The notes under the pieces were generated by a model. That model was given only the letters and a program-made list of their open reading frames with translations, made no database searches and was not told the DNA's origin. 64,000 bases of DNA from Bacteroidia bacterium (GTDB taxonomy: Bacteria; Bacteroidota; Bacteroidia; AKYH767-A; JBBKVM01). Below are positions 49,195-60,400 of this stretch, piece after piece. Made by a program: the position numbers and the translations under genes. Every line of letters starts with the position of its first letter. The stretch's first letter is position 1. The stretch is taken from contig JBBKVM010000136.1 of NCBI GenBank assembly GCA_037968415.1, positions 4,886 to 68,885 on the forward strand, written 5' to 3'.

Positions 49195-50430
49195 TTAGTA
49201 GTGGCAGCGGGCACATTCGAGTCCACCGATTTTTTCCACTGTCATTTTTTCTTTGCCATCGCTGTGCGGGTAAATAGAATGGTAATCATCATAATAAGCG
49301 TTGCCGTCCATTTTTACTTCTGTAGTGCGGTGGCAGTCAATACACCATCCCATGGTGAGGGGCGCGTGCTGGTTGGCCACAGTTTGTTTTTCCATTTCTC
49401 CATGGCAGGTCTGACATTCTATCTGTCCTACAGTTACGTGCTGAGCGTGGTTAAAGTAAGCCAGATCGGGCAGGTTGTGTACGCGGGTCCACTGTATGGG
49501 TTTCTGATTGGAGCCATAGGTGTTGGTAGCCGGATCGTAATCGAGGGCGGTGTATATCTTGGCAATTTCTTCGGTGCCTGTTGTAGGACCCTCTTTGATG
49601 TATTTGTGGCAATTCATACATACGTTGGCTGAGGGTATGCCGGCAGTCTTGTCTTTGGCAGCGCTTGAGTGGCAATACTGACAATTGATTCCGTTTTGCC
49701 CGGCATGTATTTCGTGCGAAAAGGCAATAGGTTGGTCAGGCTGGTAGCCTTGTGAAATGCCAATGCCGGCCAAGGCATCCCATCCTGCTTTGCCACCCAT
49801 CACGATCAATACCAAAATGCTGATGGCTACAATTTTCTTGTGCCCACCCATCCAGTTGCCAATGGCTTGTCCCATAGGAACAGGCTCCAGCGTGGGCAAG
49901 CCTTTGCGCTCGCGTGATACGGCAGCGAGAGCCGATTTAATCCGACCCAAAATCAGAATGAGGATGAACAAGATACCAGCAACTAACAAAAGTGTATTTG
50001 TAGGATTGGACTTAGCAGCTTCCGGTGCTGGAGCGCCTGCGCCAGCTGTTGTGCCGGCAGGTATTTTGCTTTCTTCGGCTTTCACATAAGCGAGTATGGC
50101 GTCTATTTCTTCAATCTTAAGATTGAAAACAGGCATCACACTTTTGTTGTACTCGTTGAAAAGAGCAACTGCAGTCTTGTCACCCGATTTCACCATTGCC
50201 TGCGAATTCTGAATCCAGTTGTGCAACCACTCTTTGTCGTGGCGGGTATCCACCCCTTTGAGGCCTGGACCTACCACCAGCTTATCGCTAGTGGCATGGC
50301 ACTGCGCGCAATTGCTTTTGAATAATGCCTGCCCATCAGGCTGCGATACTGCAGTGTTGACTGATGTCAAAAAAACGATTGTGAGGACAAAAAAAGCGTA
50401 GAAATTTTTCTTCAAATGGCTAATTGTCAT
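49195..50430 (-). CDS. actA: ACIII multihaem cytochrome c subunit ActA
   Basis: Six CxxCH motifs (CAQCH, CQYCH, CMNCH, CQTCH, CIDCH, CARCH). Start placed at ATG 50430 (MTISHLKKNFYAFFVLTIVFL, signal/anchor). The track ORF starts with TTG at 50508. Confidence 0.8.
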   Translation of the reverse strand: MTISHLKKNFYAFFVLTIVFLTSVNTAVSQPDGQALFKSNCAQCHATSDKLVVGPGLKGVDTRHDKEWLHNWIQNSQAMVKSGDKTAVALFNEYNKSVMPVFNLKIEEIDAILAYVKAEESKIPAGTTAGAGAPAPEAAKSNPTNTLLLVAGILFILILILGRIKSALAAVSRERKGLPTLEPVPMGQAIGNWMGGHKKIVAISILVLIVMGGKAGWDALAGIGISQGYQPDQPIAFSHEIHAGQNGINCQYCHSSAAKDKTAGIPSANVCMNCHKYIKEGPTTGTEEIAKIYTALDYDPATNTYGSNQKPIQWTRVHNLPDLAYFNHAQHVTVGQIECQTCHGEMEKQTVANQHAPLTMGWCIDCHRTTEVKMDGNAYYDDYHSIYPHSDGKEKMTVEKIGGLECARCHY

Positions 50431-50630
50431 TATGTTAAGTTTTACAGGTAATCCATGCATCGTATGACCGGATTGAAAAATCTCTTGCCTTTTGGTCACA
50501 AAAAGCACTTTTAACCGCGCACAAATTTATGATATTCTTTTTTTTCCGAAAATAATTAGCACAATTAAACTAATTTAAAATCATTCTAAATAACAACTCC
50601 AGCACACTCACCCCAAGTGGTTATAATTTT

Positions 50631-50638
50631 ATAATTTT
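50631..50638 (+). promoter_or_regulatory. Candidate -7 box TAATTTTG (tandem TATAATTTTA TAATTTTG) 8 nt upstream of the SPOR gene ATG
   Basis: Matches the Bacteroidota sigma-A -7 consensus TAnnTTTG. The spacing implies a leaderless or very short-leader mRNA. Confidence 0.25.
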
Positions 50639-50646
50639 GACGCCTT

Positions 50647-51078
50647 ATGAAACATGTCCGCCAATCACCCTTCCGCACTTTTCTTTTCATCCTGCCGTTG
50701 GGTTTTTTTTCACTGCTGCATCACGCTACCCATGCGCAGCCGAATGCTGGCAAGGTAGAAATAAATTGCGACCCTAAACTCACCCAATATGTTGAACAGC
50801 TTACGCTTCTCAACGACCTCAAAAAAACGGTGCCGGGTTACCGTGTTCAAATATACTCTGGCGCCAACCGCTCCCGAGCAACTGAATTAAAAAACGAGTT
50901 CTATAATAAATACCCTTTGGTGCCTTCATACCTGTTGTACCATCAGCCCAATTTCAGGGTGCGTGTGGGCGATTTCCGCACCCGTCTGCAAGCCTGGAAG
51001 TTTCATGAGCAAATCACATCGTCATATGCCACATCATTCATTGTGCGCGATGATGTGAGGTATCAGGACGCCAAATAA
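50647..51078 (+). CDS. SPOR-domain (peptidoglycan-binding) protein
   Basis: 143 aa. Signal peptide. C-terminal GYRVQIYSGANRSRATELKNEF..RVRVGDF is SPOR-like. Confidence 0.6.
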   Translation: MKHVRQSPFRTFLFILPLGFFSLLHHATHAQPNAGKVEINCDPKLTQYVEQLTLLNDLKKTVPGYRVQIYSGANRSRATELKNEFYNKYPLVPSYLLYHQPNFRVRVGDFRTRLQAWKFHEQITSSYATSFIVRDDVRYQDAK

Positions 51079-51092
51079 AGACTTACTAATAT

Positions 51093-51128
51093 AAAAAAGC
51101 CCGCTTCGTATCGAAGCGGGCTTTTTTT
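51093..51128. terminator. Bidirectional terminator between the SPOR gene and infB
   Basis: AAAAAA-GCCCGCTTCG-tat-CGAAGCGGGC-TTTTTTT. Confidence 0.75.
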
Positions 51129-51147
51129 ACTTATTGGATGTTGAGGC

Positions 51148-53904
51148 CTACGCGTTCAGCGTACGTTTCACCTCTACTTTGGTATATCCTTCTACTATAT
51201 CGCCTACTTTGATGTCGTTGAAATTGGCAATGTTCAATCCACACTCGTACCCATTGGCCACTTCTTTCACGTCATCTTTGAAACGCTTGAGTGAAGCCAA
51301 TTCCCCGGTGTACACCACGATGCCATCGCGTACCACTCTTATCTTGGTGTTGCGGGTAACTTTACCATCGAGCACCATACAACCTGCAATGGTACCCACT
51401 TTTGGAATCTTGAACACATCACGTATTTCAACGTTGCACACTATTTTCTCTTCATACTCTGGCGCCAGCATTCCTTGCATCGCATCTTTCAGCTCGTTGA
51501 TGGCATCGTAAATGATGGAGTACAGTCGCACGTCTATCTGTTCGTTTTCGGCCAGTTTTCTGGCGTTGATTGATGGACGTACCTGGAAACCAATGATAAG
51601 TGCGTCTGACGCAGAGGCCAGCAACACGTCCGATTCGGTGATCTGTCCTACCGACTTGTGTATCACGTTGAGTTGTATCTCTTCGTTTGATAGTTTCAAA
51701 ATAGAATCGGCCAATGCTTCAACAGATCCATCCACGTCACCTTTCACAATCACGTTGAGTTCTTTAAAGTTACCGATCGCGATCCTTCTGCCTATCTCTT
51801 CGAGCGTAATGTGCTTGTGTGTGCGTATGCCCTGCTCACGCTGTAATTGCAGTCGTTTATTGGCAATGTCGCGCGCCTCGCGCTCATCCGACATCACATT
51901 AAACTTATCACCGGCCTGTGGCGCACCGCTCAGTCCCAGCACCATTACCGGTGCCGATGGACCTGCTTCTTCTATGCGGGTGCCTCGTTCGTTGAACATC
52001 GCTTTTACACGTCCGCTGTGACAACCGGCAATGAGGATGTCGCCTCCACGCAAAGTGCCTGCAGAAACGAGCATAGTGGCCACATATCCGCGTCCTTTGT
52101 CGAGGGTAGCTTCTATGATGGTGCCCACCGCATTCTTGTTTGGGTTGGCAGTCAGCTCTAACAATTCTGCTTCAAGCAAAACTTTCTCGAGCAGCTTGTC
52201 AATATTAAGGCCTTGCTTGGCTGAAATTTCCTGGCACTGGAACTTGCCGCCCCAGTCTTCTACCAGTATGTTCATATTGGCCAGTTGTTCTTTTATTTTT
52301 TCCGAATTGGCATCGGGCTTATCCATCTTGTTGATGGCAATCACGATAGGTACCTCTGCGGCCTGTGCGTGGTTGATGGCCTCCACCGTTTGCGGCATAA
52401 CGCTGTCGTCTGCTGCTACCACAATAATGGCCACGTCAGTTACTTTGGCTCCGCGCGCACGCATGGCCGTAAAGGCTTCGTGACCGGGAGTATCGAGGAA
52501 TGTGATGTGCTTGCCGTTTTCCATGGTCACTTCGTAAGCGCCAATGTGCTGTGTGATACCGCCTGCTTCACCGGCTATTACGTTGGCTTTGCGCACATAG
52601 TCAAGCAAAGATGTTTTACCATGATCTACGTGACCCATCACCGTAACAATCGGTGGGCGCGATACCAAGTCTTCCGGCTTATCTTCTTCTTCTATAATGC
52701 TGTCCTGCACATCGGCCGACACAAATTCTACTTTAAAACCGAACTCTTCCGCTACCACAGTTAGCATTTCCGCATCCAGTCTTTGATTGATAGATACCAT
52801 GCGCCCTAAGTCCAAACAAGCGGCTATGATCTGATTTACATTTACGTCCATCAGCTTGCTGAGCTCGCTCACGGTTACAAACTCGGTCACCTTAATAACC
52901 TTGTCCTGCAACCTCTCTTTTGCTTCCGCTTCGGCCATCTCTTTGTCCTCCCTGCGTTCTCTTCTGCGGGTAGAGCCTTTAGATTTGCGCGAGGGTGTAA
53001 GCCTTGCCAGCGTATCTTTTATTTTATCCTGAATTTCTTTTTGCGTAGGCTCTTCTTTCGACTTTGGTGCTTCTTTGCGACCGGCCGGACGTTGCTGCCT
53101 GGTGTCACGTTTGGCAGCAGTGTCTGCTTCACCCGGCTTACGCTCGGTGCGTTTGCGCTTGCGTCTTTTGCTTAGCTTGTCGGCTTCCGATTCGTTTGAC
53201 GAGGCTACCGGTTTTGGTTTCCTTTTTTCGGGCAATACTATTTTACCTATGAGTTTTACTCCCGCCAGTTTTTCGGCTTCAGCTTTTATCAATTGAATTT
53301 CCGGTGGCAGTTCCACTGCCGGTGTTACAACTTCAGGTTCCGGAGTTATTTCTTCTGCCTTCACTTCGGGCACAGCGGCTTCAGCCTCTTTTTTGGCTTT
53401 TTCCTCAGCGGCCTTTTTCTTTTTCGTTTTAGAATCAAATTGCTCGAGGTCAATCTTATCTACCACTGTTACACCTTTGCCTTTTGCAGTAGTAGCCTTT
53501 ATCGTTTCGGGCTCTTCCTTGGCAGGCTCTACCTTCACTTTCTTGGTAGTCTTTTTAACCGGTTTCTCGGTCTCTATTTCTGCAGATGCACCATGCGTTA
53601 CAATCAACACTTCTTCCTGGTCTGCTTTCTTGCGCTTCTCAGCAGTAGGTGCTACGATGGTTTCTTCTTTCTCGCGCAACTCGTGCGTTTCTTTGCGCAG
53701 CTGCTCTGCTTCTTCCTTTTTCGATTTATCCGACTGAAATTCTTTTTGTAACAAGTCGTACAACTCCCCATCTATCTTGGCATTGGGATTACTCTCCACC
53801 TCATAACCCTTGAGTGTGAGAAAATCAACGATAGTCGGTAGAGCTATGTTGAGTTCCCTCGCTACTTTACTGAGCCTGATAGATGTTACTTCTTTTGTTG
53901 GCAT
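51148..53904 (-). CDS. infB: Translation initiation factor IF-2
   Basis: 918 aa. Lys/Glu-rich N-terminal region. G-domain [25 protein letters not shown]. Confidence 0.95.
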   Translation of the reverse strand: MPTKEVTSIRLSKVARELNIALPTIVDFLTLKGYEVESNPNAKIDGELYDLLQKEFQSDKSKKEEAEQLRKETHELREKEETIVAPTAEKRKKADQEEVLIVTHGASAEIETEKPVKKTTKKVKVEPAKEEPETIKATTAKGKGVTVVDKIDLEQFDSKTKKKKAAEEKAKKEAEAAVPEVKAEEITPEPEVVTPAVELPPEIQLIKAEAEKLAGVKLIGKIVLPEKRKPKPVASSNESEADKLSKRRKRKRTERKPGEADTAAKRDTRQQRPAGRKEAPKSKEEPTQKEIQDKIKDTLARLTPSRKSKGSTRRRERREDKEMAEAEAKERLQDKVIKVTEFVTVSELSKLMDVNVNQIIAACLDLGRMVSINQRLDAEMLTVVAEEFGFKVEFVSADVQDSIIEEEDKPEDLVSRPPIVTVMGHVDHGKTSLLDYVRKANVIAGEAGGITQHIGAYEVTMENGKHITFLDTPGHEAFTAMRARGAKVTDVAIIVVAADDSVMPQTVEAINHAQAAEVPIVIAINKMDKPDANSEKIKEQLANMNILVEDWGGKFQCQEISAKQGLNIDKLLEKVLLEAELLELTANPNKNAVGTIIEATLDKGRGYVATMLVSAGTLRGGDILIAGCHSGRVKAMFNERGTRIEEAGPSAPVMVLGLSGAPQAGDKFNVMSDEREARDIANKRLQLQREQGIRTHKHITLEEIGRRIAIGNFKELNVIVKGDVDGSVEALADSILKLSNEEIQLNVIHKSVGQITESDVLLASASDALIIGFQVRPSINARKLAENEQIDVRLYSIIYDAINELKDAMQGMLAPEYEEKIVCNVEIRDVFKIPKVGTIAGCMVLDGKVTRNTKIRVVRDGIVVYTGELASLKRFKDDVKEVANGYECGLNIANFNDIKVGDIVEGYTKVEVKRTLNA

Positions 53905-53963
53905 ATATTCTTTTCCTTTTATTCTTGTTACAGGTGTGGTTGTTAATGCATATTACAAAGTTA

Positions 53964-55220
53964 TTATTCGAATTCCGATTTCAGAATGCGTATCACTTCC
54001 TTAATTGTTTCTTCTTCGAGGTCGGTGCGTTTTACCAAATCTTCGAGGCCTATGTCTATTACACTCTTGGCGGTATCGCAACCGATGGCTTTCAGCTCGT
54101 CAATAATCCACACATCTATCTCGTCAGTAAATTGATCGAGATCCACGTCCTCCATTTCATCTTCCGAGTCGCGGTACACATCTATTTCGTATCCGGTAAG
54201 GCGGCCTGCTAATTTAATGTTGAATCCGCCTTTGCCTATGGCCAACGATACCTGATCGGGTTTCAGGAACACCGCAGCTTTTTTATTTTCATCATCCAGC
54301 GTGACGCTGGTTATTTTGGCCGGGCTTAGCGCGCGGGTAATGTACAATATGGTGTTGTTGGTGTAGTTGATTACGTCAATGTTTTCGTTGCGCAGCTCAC
54401 GCACGATACCGTGTATGCGCGATCCTTTCATACCAACGCATGCACCTACAGGATCAATGCGGTCGTCATACGACTCCACCGCCACTTTAGCGCGGTCGCC
54501 TGGTTCGCGAACAATGTTTTTGATGGTAATGAGTCCGTCAAATACTTCGGGTACTTCCTGCTCGAACAATCGCTCCAGGAACAATGGCGAAGTGCGCGAC
54601 AATATAATTTTGGGCGTGCCATTGATCATCTCTACTTTAGATACTACCGAACGCACGGTGTCGCCTTTCTTGAAATAATCAGAAGGGATTTGTTCTGTTT
54701 TTGGCAGCAACAATTCGTTGCCCTCGTCATCCAATATGAGTGCTTCTTTCTTCCACACCTGGTATATCTCACCGGTTACTATTTCGCCTACGCGGTCTTT
54801 GTATTTGCGGAACATGTTGTCTTTCTCCAGCTCCATGATGCGCGACTTAAGGTTCTGCATGGCAGCTAATACCGCTCTGCGGCCAAAGCCCAGCAACGGC
54901 AGTTCTTCCGACACTTCTTCTCCTACTTCAAAATCGGGCTCTATTTTGATGGCTTCCGAATATGCTATCTGTGTGATCTCATCTTCTAATTGTCCGTCTT
55001 CCACTATCTCGCGGTTGCGAAATATCTCAAGATCACCTTTGTCAATGTTGATGATTACGTCAAAATTTTCGTCAGTGCCATATTTCCTACGTATCATGCT
55101 GCGGAATACATCCTCCAGAATACTCATCATGGTCGGACGGTCTATGTTTTTGCTTTCTTTGAATTCTGCAAATGACTCAACAAGTACCGAGGGTTCAATT
55201 GCTTTTGGTGCTGTGCTCAT
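53964..55220 (-). CDS. nusA: Transcription termination/antitermination factor NusA
   Basis: 418 aa. S1 and KH domains (..GEIVTGEI.., ..PGDRAKVAV..). Confidence 0.95.
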   Translation of the reverse strand: MSTAPKAIEPSVLVESFAEFKESKNIDRPTMMSILEDVFRSMIRRKYGTDENFDVIINIDKGDLEIFRNREIVEDGQLEDEITQIAYSEAIKIEPDFEVGEEVSEELPLLGFGRRAVLAAMQNLKSRIMELEKDNMFRKYKDRVGEIVTGEIYQVWKKEALILDDEGNELLLPKTEQIPSDYFKKGDTVRSVVSKVEMINGTPKIILSRTSPLFLERLFEQEVPEVFDGLITIKNIVREPGDRAKVAVESYDDRIDPVGACVGMKGSRIHGIVRELRNENIDVINYTNNTILYITRALSPAKITSVTLDDENKKAAVFLKPDQVSLAIGKGGFNIKLAGRLTGYEIDVYRDSEDEMEDVDLDQFTDEIDVWIIDELKAIGCDTAKSVIDIGLEDLVKRTDLEEETIKEVIRILKSEFE

Positions 55221-55223
55221 TGT

Positions 55224-55700
55224 TTATTTTCTGAAATTAATGTCAAATAATACTTTGGTTTCTGTAATGTCGCTGAAAGGGATAAAAGATTTTGTCTCTT
55301 CGCTAACTTTCTTTTTGCCTTCCTTATAAATTCTTGTTTTCAATAATTCTATTCCATCTTCGGCTACTAGTTGCATTACACCCTGGTGTTCGATGCCGTC
55401 TTTGGTTTTTACATTCACTTTGTTGCCCTGCCGCTTGGTATATTGCTGATGTACAACCAACGGCTCGTCCATACCAGGCGATGATACTTCCAGTATCCGG
55501 TGCTCCCACACGCCTTGTTCTTCCAACGCTTCCGACAAATACCGGTGCAGTTTTGCACATTCAGCTATGGTGATGGCTGGCGCCTTGTCAATAGTGACAA
55601 ATACCCTGTTGGGGGACACTTTTACAGCCACCGGAAAACACTCCGTGCCTGCAAGCTGCTCGCTTACCAATTGTTCGATATGTGCCTGTATGTCGTTCAT
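55224..55700 (-). CDS. rimP: Ribosome maturation factor RimP
   Basis: 158 aa, immediately upstream of nusA (3-nt gap), the conserved rimP-nusA-infB order. Confidence 0.85.
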   Translation of the reverse strand: MNDIQAHIEQLVSEQLAGTECFPVAVKVSPNRVFVTIDKAPAITIAECAKLHRYLSEALEEQGVWEHRILEVSSPGMDEPLVVHQQYTKRQGNKVNVKTKDGIEHQGVMQLVAEDGIELLKTRIYKEGKKKVSEETKSFIPFSDITETKVLFDINFRK

Positions 55701-55719
55701 TAAAAACTTCCGAAATATA

Positions 55720-55742
55720 AAGAGGGGACATCGTCCCCTCTT
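55720..55742 (-). promoter_or_regulatory. Hairpin (terminator/attenuator-like) 20 nt upstream of rimP
   Basis: AAGAGGGGAC-atc-GTCCCCTCTT, a perfect 10-bp stem followed by a U-rich tract on the minus strand. Too close to the rimP ATG to leave room for a separate promoter. Confidence 0.5.
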
Positions 55743-55840
55743 ATCTCGTTTCTTTTATTTCCGCTGCAAATATAATAAAAATGATGCAAAAACCTACAAA
55801 TCTTCCCCCCTTTTCCTAATAAAAAGCTTCATGCAAAACA

Positions 55841-56233
55841 TTAATTACCTCCGTGCTGGTAACACATGCTATTGGGGCTGCGTGTCATGCGCTTGCAGCG
55901 CGCCCCCGACTCCAGCGTGGCATCGCAGCGCACGGCTATCAGTCGCTTGCCATCGGCTACCGAGTCGCGCAGGGCGGCTGCATCGGTAGTATACTGCTCG
56001 GCATGCTGGTCACAAAAGCCATTTTCATTGGCCGTCATGTGCTTGCAACGCTCCCCTTGCTGCGTTTGCCCCAGGCACCGCGATGACAGGTTTTGTGAAT
56101 CGGAGGTGCTGTCACCGGAGGCACCGCCTTTTTCATTTTTGCGGTTGCCCGGCATGCACGCAGCCAGCAATCCCGCGGCCAGCGTCAGCATTATAAATGG
56201 CATAAGTTTCTTCAATCGCTTCATGGTTACCAA
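55841..56233 (-). CDS. Small lipoprotein with duplicated Cys/His motif
   Basis: 130 aa. Lipobox LLAAC. Two repeats G-x-RCK-x-MT-x(5)-C-x-QH (GERCKHMTANENGFCDQH and GARCKRMTRSPNSMCYQH). Confidence 0.5.
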   Translation of the reverse strand: MVTMKRLKKLMPFIMLTLAAGLLAACMPGNRKNEKGGASGDSTSDSQNLSSRCLGQTQQGERCKHMTANENGFCDQHAEQYTTDAAALRDSVADGKRLIAVRCDATLESGARCKRMTRSPNSMCYQHGGN

Positions 56234-56268
56234 ATTACAAAATAATCGGTTGTGTGGTCACAATGGCG

Positions 56269-56306
56269 GAAAAAACAAAATTCCCGCTCCTTCAAAGAAG
56301 CGGGAA
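56269..56306 (-). terminator. Terminator hairpin just 3' of tRNA-Gln
   Basis: Minus-strand RNA UUCCCGCU-ucuuugaagg-AGCGGGAA followed by UUUUGUUUUUU. Confidence 0.5.
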
Positions 56307-56311
56307 TTTCG

Positions 56312-56384
56312 TTGTCCTACTAGGGCTCGAACCTAGACTCTTCTGAACCAAAATCAGACGTGTTGCCAGTTACACCATAGGACA
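56312..56384 (-). tRNA. tRNA-Gln (anticodon UUG)
   Basis: Minus-strand 73 nt TGTCCTA-TG-GTGT-AACTGGCA-ACAC-G-TCTGA-TTTTGGT-TCAGA-AGAGT-CTAGG-TTCGAGC-CCTAG-TAGGACA-A. The 7-bp acceptor, 4-bp D stem (with GG in the loop), 5-bp anticodon stem (U33, anticodon TTG, R37) and 5-bp T stem with TTCGA loop all pair perfectly. CCA is not encoded. Confidence 0.9.
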
Positions 56385-56441
56385 ATTTTCGGAGCACAAA
56401 AGTATGAAAATAAGTAACGATTATGCAATTATTTTAAAAAA

Positions 56442-57227
56442 TCATGGCTTCCCGATGATGGCGTAGATATCCCACGTTTCGTCAAGGTCATTGGATTGCA
56501 GGTTAAAATCGCTGGTGGTGATATCGGTTGTGGTGTCAACTTTCTCCATCAGGTTGCGCCTCATCAGTGAGGTAATCCAGTTGTAAGGGCCTGTGAGCAG
56601 TTTTGCCGGAATGAGGGTATGCAGTTTCAGCACATCCCACTTCAGGATGCTGCGCACCCATTTGCCGTTTTCGGCATAGTAGTTATTTACCACCTCGTTG
56701 CCCTGCAGTCCTTGCAGCGCGATGTGGGGCGTAAGCGCGCTCATCTCCTCCTGCATTTCGGCAAAGGTGTATTCGTGCACATGAAACGGATTGCGCGCCA
56801 GCGATTTTTTTGCGTTGGGTGTAGTCACAATCAGCTTGCCACCGGGGCGCAGCACGCGCAAACAGTCGGCCACAAATTCCTTGCGCTTCTCTATGTGTTC
56901 GATAAATTGAAAAGCTGTGATCACATCGGCCGAGCTGTCGGGCATATTGAGCGGTGGCACCTGCGATGCCTTGAACGACATGTTGGTGACGTTGCGGTAC
57001 TGATGCTTGTTGGCTTCGATGGTGGCGGGGTCGTAATCGAGCCCGGTGATGTGTGCGGCCTCGCGCGCCATGAGGGCCGTGCCGTAAGCCAGCCCACAGC
57101 CTACGTCTACCACATCCTTGCCTTTCACCAATGGCAATGCGTATTCGTATGCATAGAGACAACGCTGGTAGGTTACATTGTTAGAAATATGGTCATCGGC
57201 TCGTTCGTGACTGCTTTTGGTCTTCAT
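56442..57227 (-). CDS. Class I SAM-dependent methyltransferase
   Basis: 261 aa. Motif I VVDVGCGLAYGTALMA, and post-I LDYD. Confidence 0.8.
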   Translation of the reverse strand: MKTKSSHERADDHISNNVTYQRCLYAYEYALPLVKGKDVVDVGCGLAYGTALMAREAAHITGLDYDPATIEANKHQYRNVTNMSFKASQVPPLNMPDSSADVITAFQFIEHIEKRKEFVADCLRVLRPGGKLIVTTPNAKKSLARNPFHVHEYTFAEMQEEMSALTPHIALQGLQGNEVVNNYYAENGKWVRSILKWDVLKLHTLIPAKLLTGPYNWITSLMRRNLMEKVDTTTDITTSDFNLQSNDLDETWDIYAIIGKP

Positions 57228-57403
57228 AATGCTGCGTAATGGACGACAAAAATAGGAAAATCAGAAGTGACCGAATTTATTATTGCAACGCACTGCCATC
57301 CAGCATTTTGCAACCGTAAAATTGGCGCGTGTGCGCAAGGCTGTGTGCAATAATTTTATAACTTCGCACGCTTAAAGAAATTTTATTCGGAAACCACGCG
57401 CAC

Positions 57404-60400
57404 ATGAAACAATACAGTTTGATTAACAACATTTTAGGTTGGATAATTTTTGGCATCGCGGCCTTTGTTTTTTTATCGACCATTGAGCCAACAGCAAGTT
57501 TCTGGGACTGCGGTGAGTTTATTGCCACAGCATTCAAACTACAGGTAGGACACCCGCCCGGAGCGCCTCTCTTCCTTATGCTCAGCCGCATCATGTCGTT
57601 GTTTGCAGGATCTAACCTGGAGCAAGTTCCGGTTATGGTAAACATACTGTCGGCACTGGCTAGCGCGTTCACCATCCTATTTATGTTTTGGACCCTCACC
57701 ATGATAATCAAAAAAATGGTACTAAAAGAGGAAGAAGAAATGACCACCGGAGCCATGATGACCATACTGGGCGCGGCATCTGTAGGTGCTTTGGCGTACA
57801 CATTTTCTGATTCATTTTGGTTCTCTGCTGCCGAAGGCGAAGTATATGCCACGTCATCGTTTTTCACTGCTTTTGTGGTGTGGGCCATGTTTAAGTGGGA
57901 AAAGGTAGCAGACGAGCGACATGCTAATCGGTGGCTTATACTCATCGCGTATATGATGGGCCTGTCTATCGGTGTTCACTTACTCAACCTGCTGGCCATA
58001 CCAGCTCTTGCCTTTATTTATTACTTCCGCAAATATGATATCACACGAATGGGCATCATCAAAACTGCGCTGGCAGGCGTGGGCATATTGGTGGCTGTGC
58101 AGTATGGCATCATACCGGGTATAGTTATTGTGGCCACTAAGTTTGAATTGATTTTTATCAATGGCTTTGGTTTACCTTTTGGCACCGGCATTATTATTTA
58201 TTCTATCCTGATAGTAGTTGGCATTGTGTGGGGCCTGCTGTATACCAAAAAGAAAAATCAACCTACGTACAACACCGCCATCCTTTGCCTCACTTTTATC
58301 ATTATCGGCTACACTTCGTTTGCGCAAATTGTAATCCGTTCATCTGCCAACCCACCCATGGATGAGAACGATCCCGAAAATGTATTTTCATTGTTGTCGT
58401 ACCTCAACCGCGAACAATACGGTGACCGCCCGCTGGCTTATGGTCAATACTACGATGCGCAAGTAGTGAAGCAAGAAGAAGGCGCTGACACATACATAAA
58501 AGGGGAAACTAAATATGTGAGCACAGGCAAAAAAGTAGAAGCGACTTACGACCCCAAGCGTTCTACAGTGTTACCCCGTATGTACAGTTCGCAAGCCAAC
58601 CACATATCGGCTTACAAGGAGTGGAGTGGAGTCAAAGGCGATCAGAAAGCCGAGTTCTCCAACAACATCAAGTTTTTGGTTTCATACCAGCTGGGACATA
58701 TGTACTGGCGCTACTTTATGTGGAACTTTGCGGGCCGGCAAAACGACATTCAAGGCCATGGCGGCATTACCAAAGGAAACTGGCTCAGCGGAATAAATTT
58801 CCTGGACGAGATGCGCCTGGGCAAGCAATCGGAACTATCGGAAAGCATGCGCAGCAACAAAGCCTACAACAAGTTTTACATGCTGCCAATGATACTGGGA
58901 TTAATCGGGTTGTTATTCCATTTTAAAAACGACAAACACAACGCGTGGATTGTGACATTGATATTTTTCTTTACCGGTATCGCAATTGTGATTTACCTTA
59001 ACGGTACACCTTATCAGCCACGCGAGCGTGATTACGCATATGCCGGTTCGTTTTATGCATTCGCATTCTGGATAGGCATTGGCGCGCTGGCCATCATCAA
59101 TTTTTTAAAAAAATATGTGAATGTAAAATTGGCTGCACCCATCGCTACGGTAGCTTGTCTGCTATTTGTACCCGGCATTATGGCCAAAGAAGGCTGGGAT
59201 GACCACAGTCGTGCGCACCGTTTTACATCGCGCGATTTTGCCACCAACTACTTGAACTCATGCGCACCCAACGCCATCATATTCACCAACGGTGACAACG
59301 ATACTTTCCCACTTTGGTATGCTCAAGAAGTAGAAGGTGTGCGGACAGATGTGCGCGTGGTAAACCTGAGTCTGCTCAACACTGATTGGTATATAGACCA
59401 AATGAAACGCAAGGCTTACATTTCAGATGCTGTGCCTTTCAGCTTGGAGCACAGCCAGTATGTGCAAGGCACCCGCGATTACATTCCTTACTACAAGCGT
59501 TTTGACGACTCGGTAGAGATAAAAGAACTGGTAGATTTTATTTCGAGCGAACGCACCGAGGCAAAGGTAACTGCGCAGTCGGGCGTTAAACTCAACTACT
59601 ACCCTACAAAGAAATTCAAGCTCACGGTTGATAAAGCCGCGGTGCTGAAAAATGGGGTGGTAAAACCCGAAGATGCTGACAAAATGGTAGATGTAATCGA
59701 ATGGTCGATAGACAAAAACTACCTGATGAAAGCCGACATCATGATTCTGGATTTGCTCGCCCACTTTGCCTGGAAGCGCCCGATCTATTTCGCGGTAACA
59801 GTAAATAGCGAAAACTTTTTGGGGCTCGATGACTATTTCCAATTGGAAGGATTAGGCTACCGTTTTGTTCCCATCAAAACACCTTCCACCTCATCAAGCC
59901 AGCCCGGCCGTGTAGAAGAAGATGTGATGTATGACAACATGATGAACAAGTTTGAATGGGGGAATATGAAAGACCCACGCGTATATCTCGATCAGAACAA
60001 CGTAAACATGACGAGTAATTTCCGCAACAACTTTGGCCGCCTGGCTGAATCGTTGTTGTCGGCAGGCAAGCGCGACTCAGCAGAAAAAACTCTGGACAAA
60101 TGCATGGAAGAAATGCCTGACGCCACTGTGCCGTACAATGTGTTTGTGATTCGTTTGGCTGAGCTCTACTATTTGTGTGACTCGCCATTGCTCAATGCGG
60201 GGCAGGAGTTGACGGCAAGCGGGCAAACGCGAAAGGCTGGCGCCACCCAAAAAGCTAATGAAATTGTAAAACGATTATCAGAGATTTATCAGGACGATCT
60301 GCATTATTACTTCTCACTCAAAGGCACACCGTTTGCCAAGTATGTGGAGCGCGATATGAATCAAGCCATGGCCATCATGCAGGAGCTGATACGCATTTCG

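Noticed and set aside
53293-53751. Phe/Leu-rich 152-aa plus-strand ORF
   Set aside because: It is the antisense of the Lys/Glu-rich N-terminal region of infB, a compositional artefact.
56619-57239. 206-aa plus-strand and 159-aa minus-strand alternative-frame ORFs over the SAM methyltransferase gene
   Set aside because: The methyltransferase frame carries clear SAM-binding motifs. The overlapping frames are Arg/Gly/His-rich, GC-driven artefacts.
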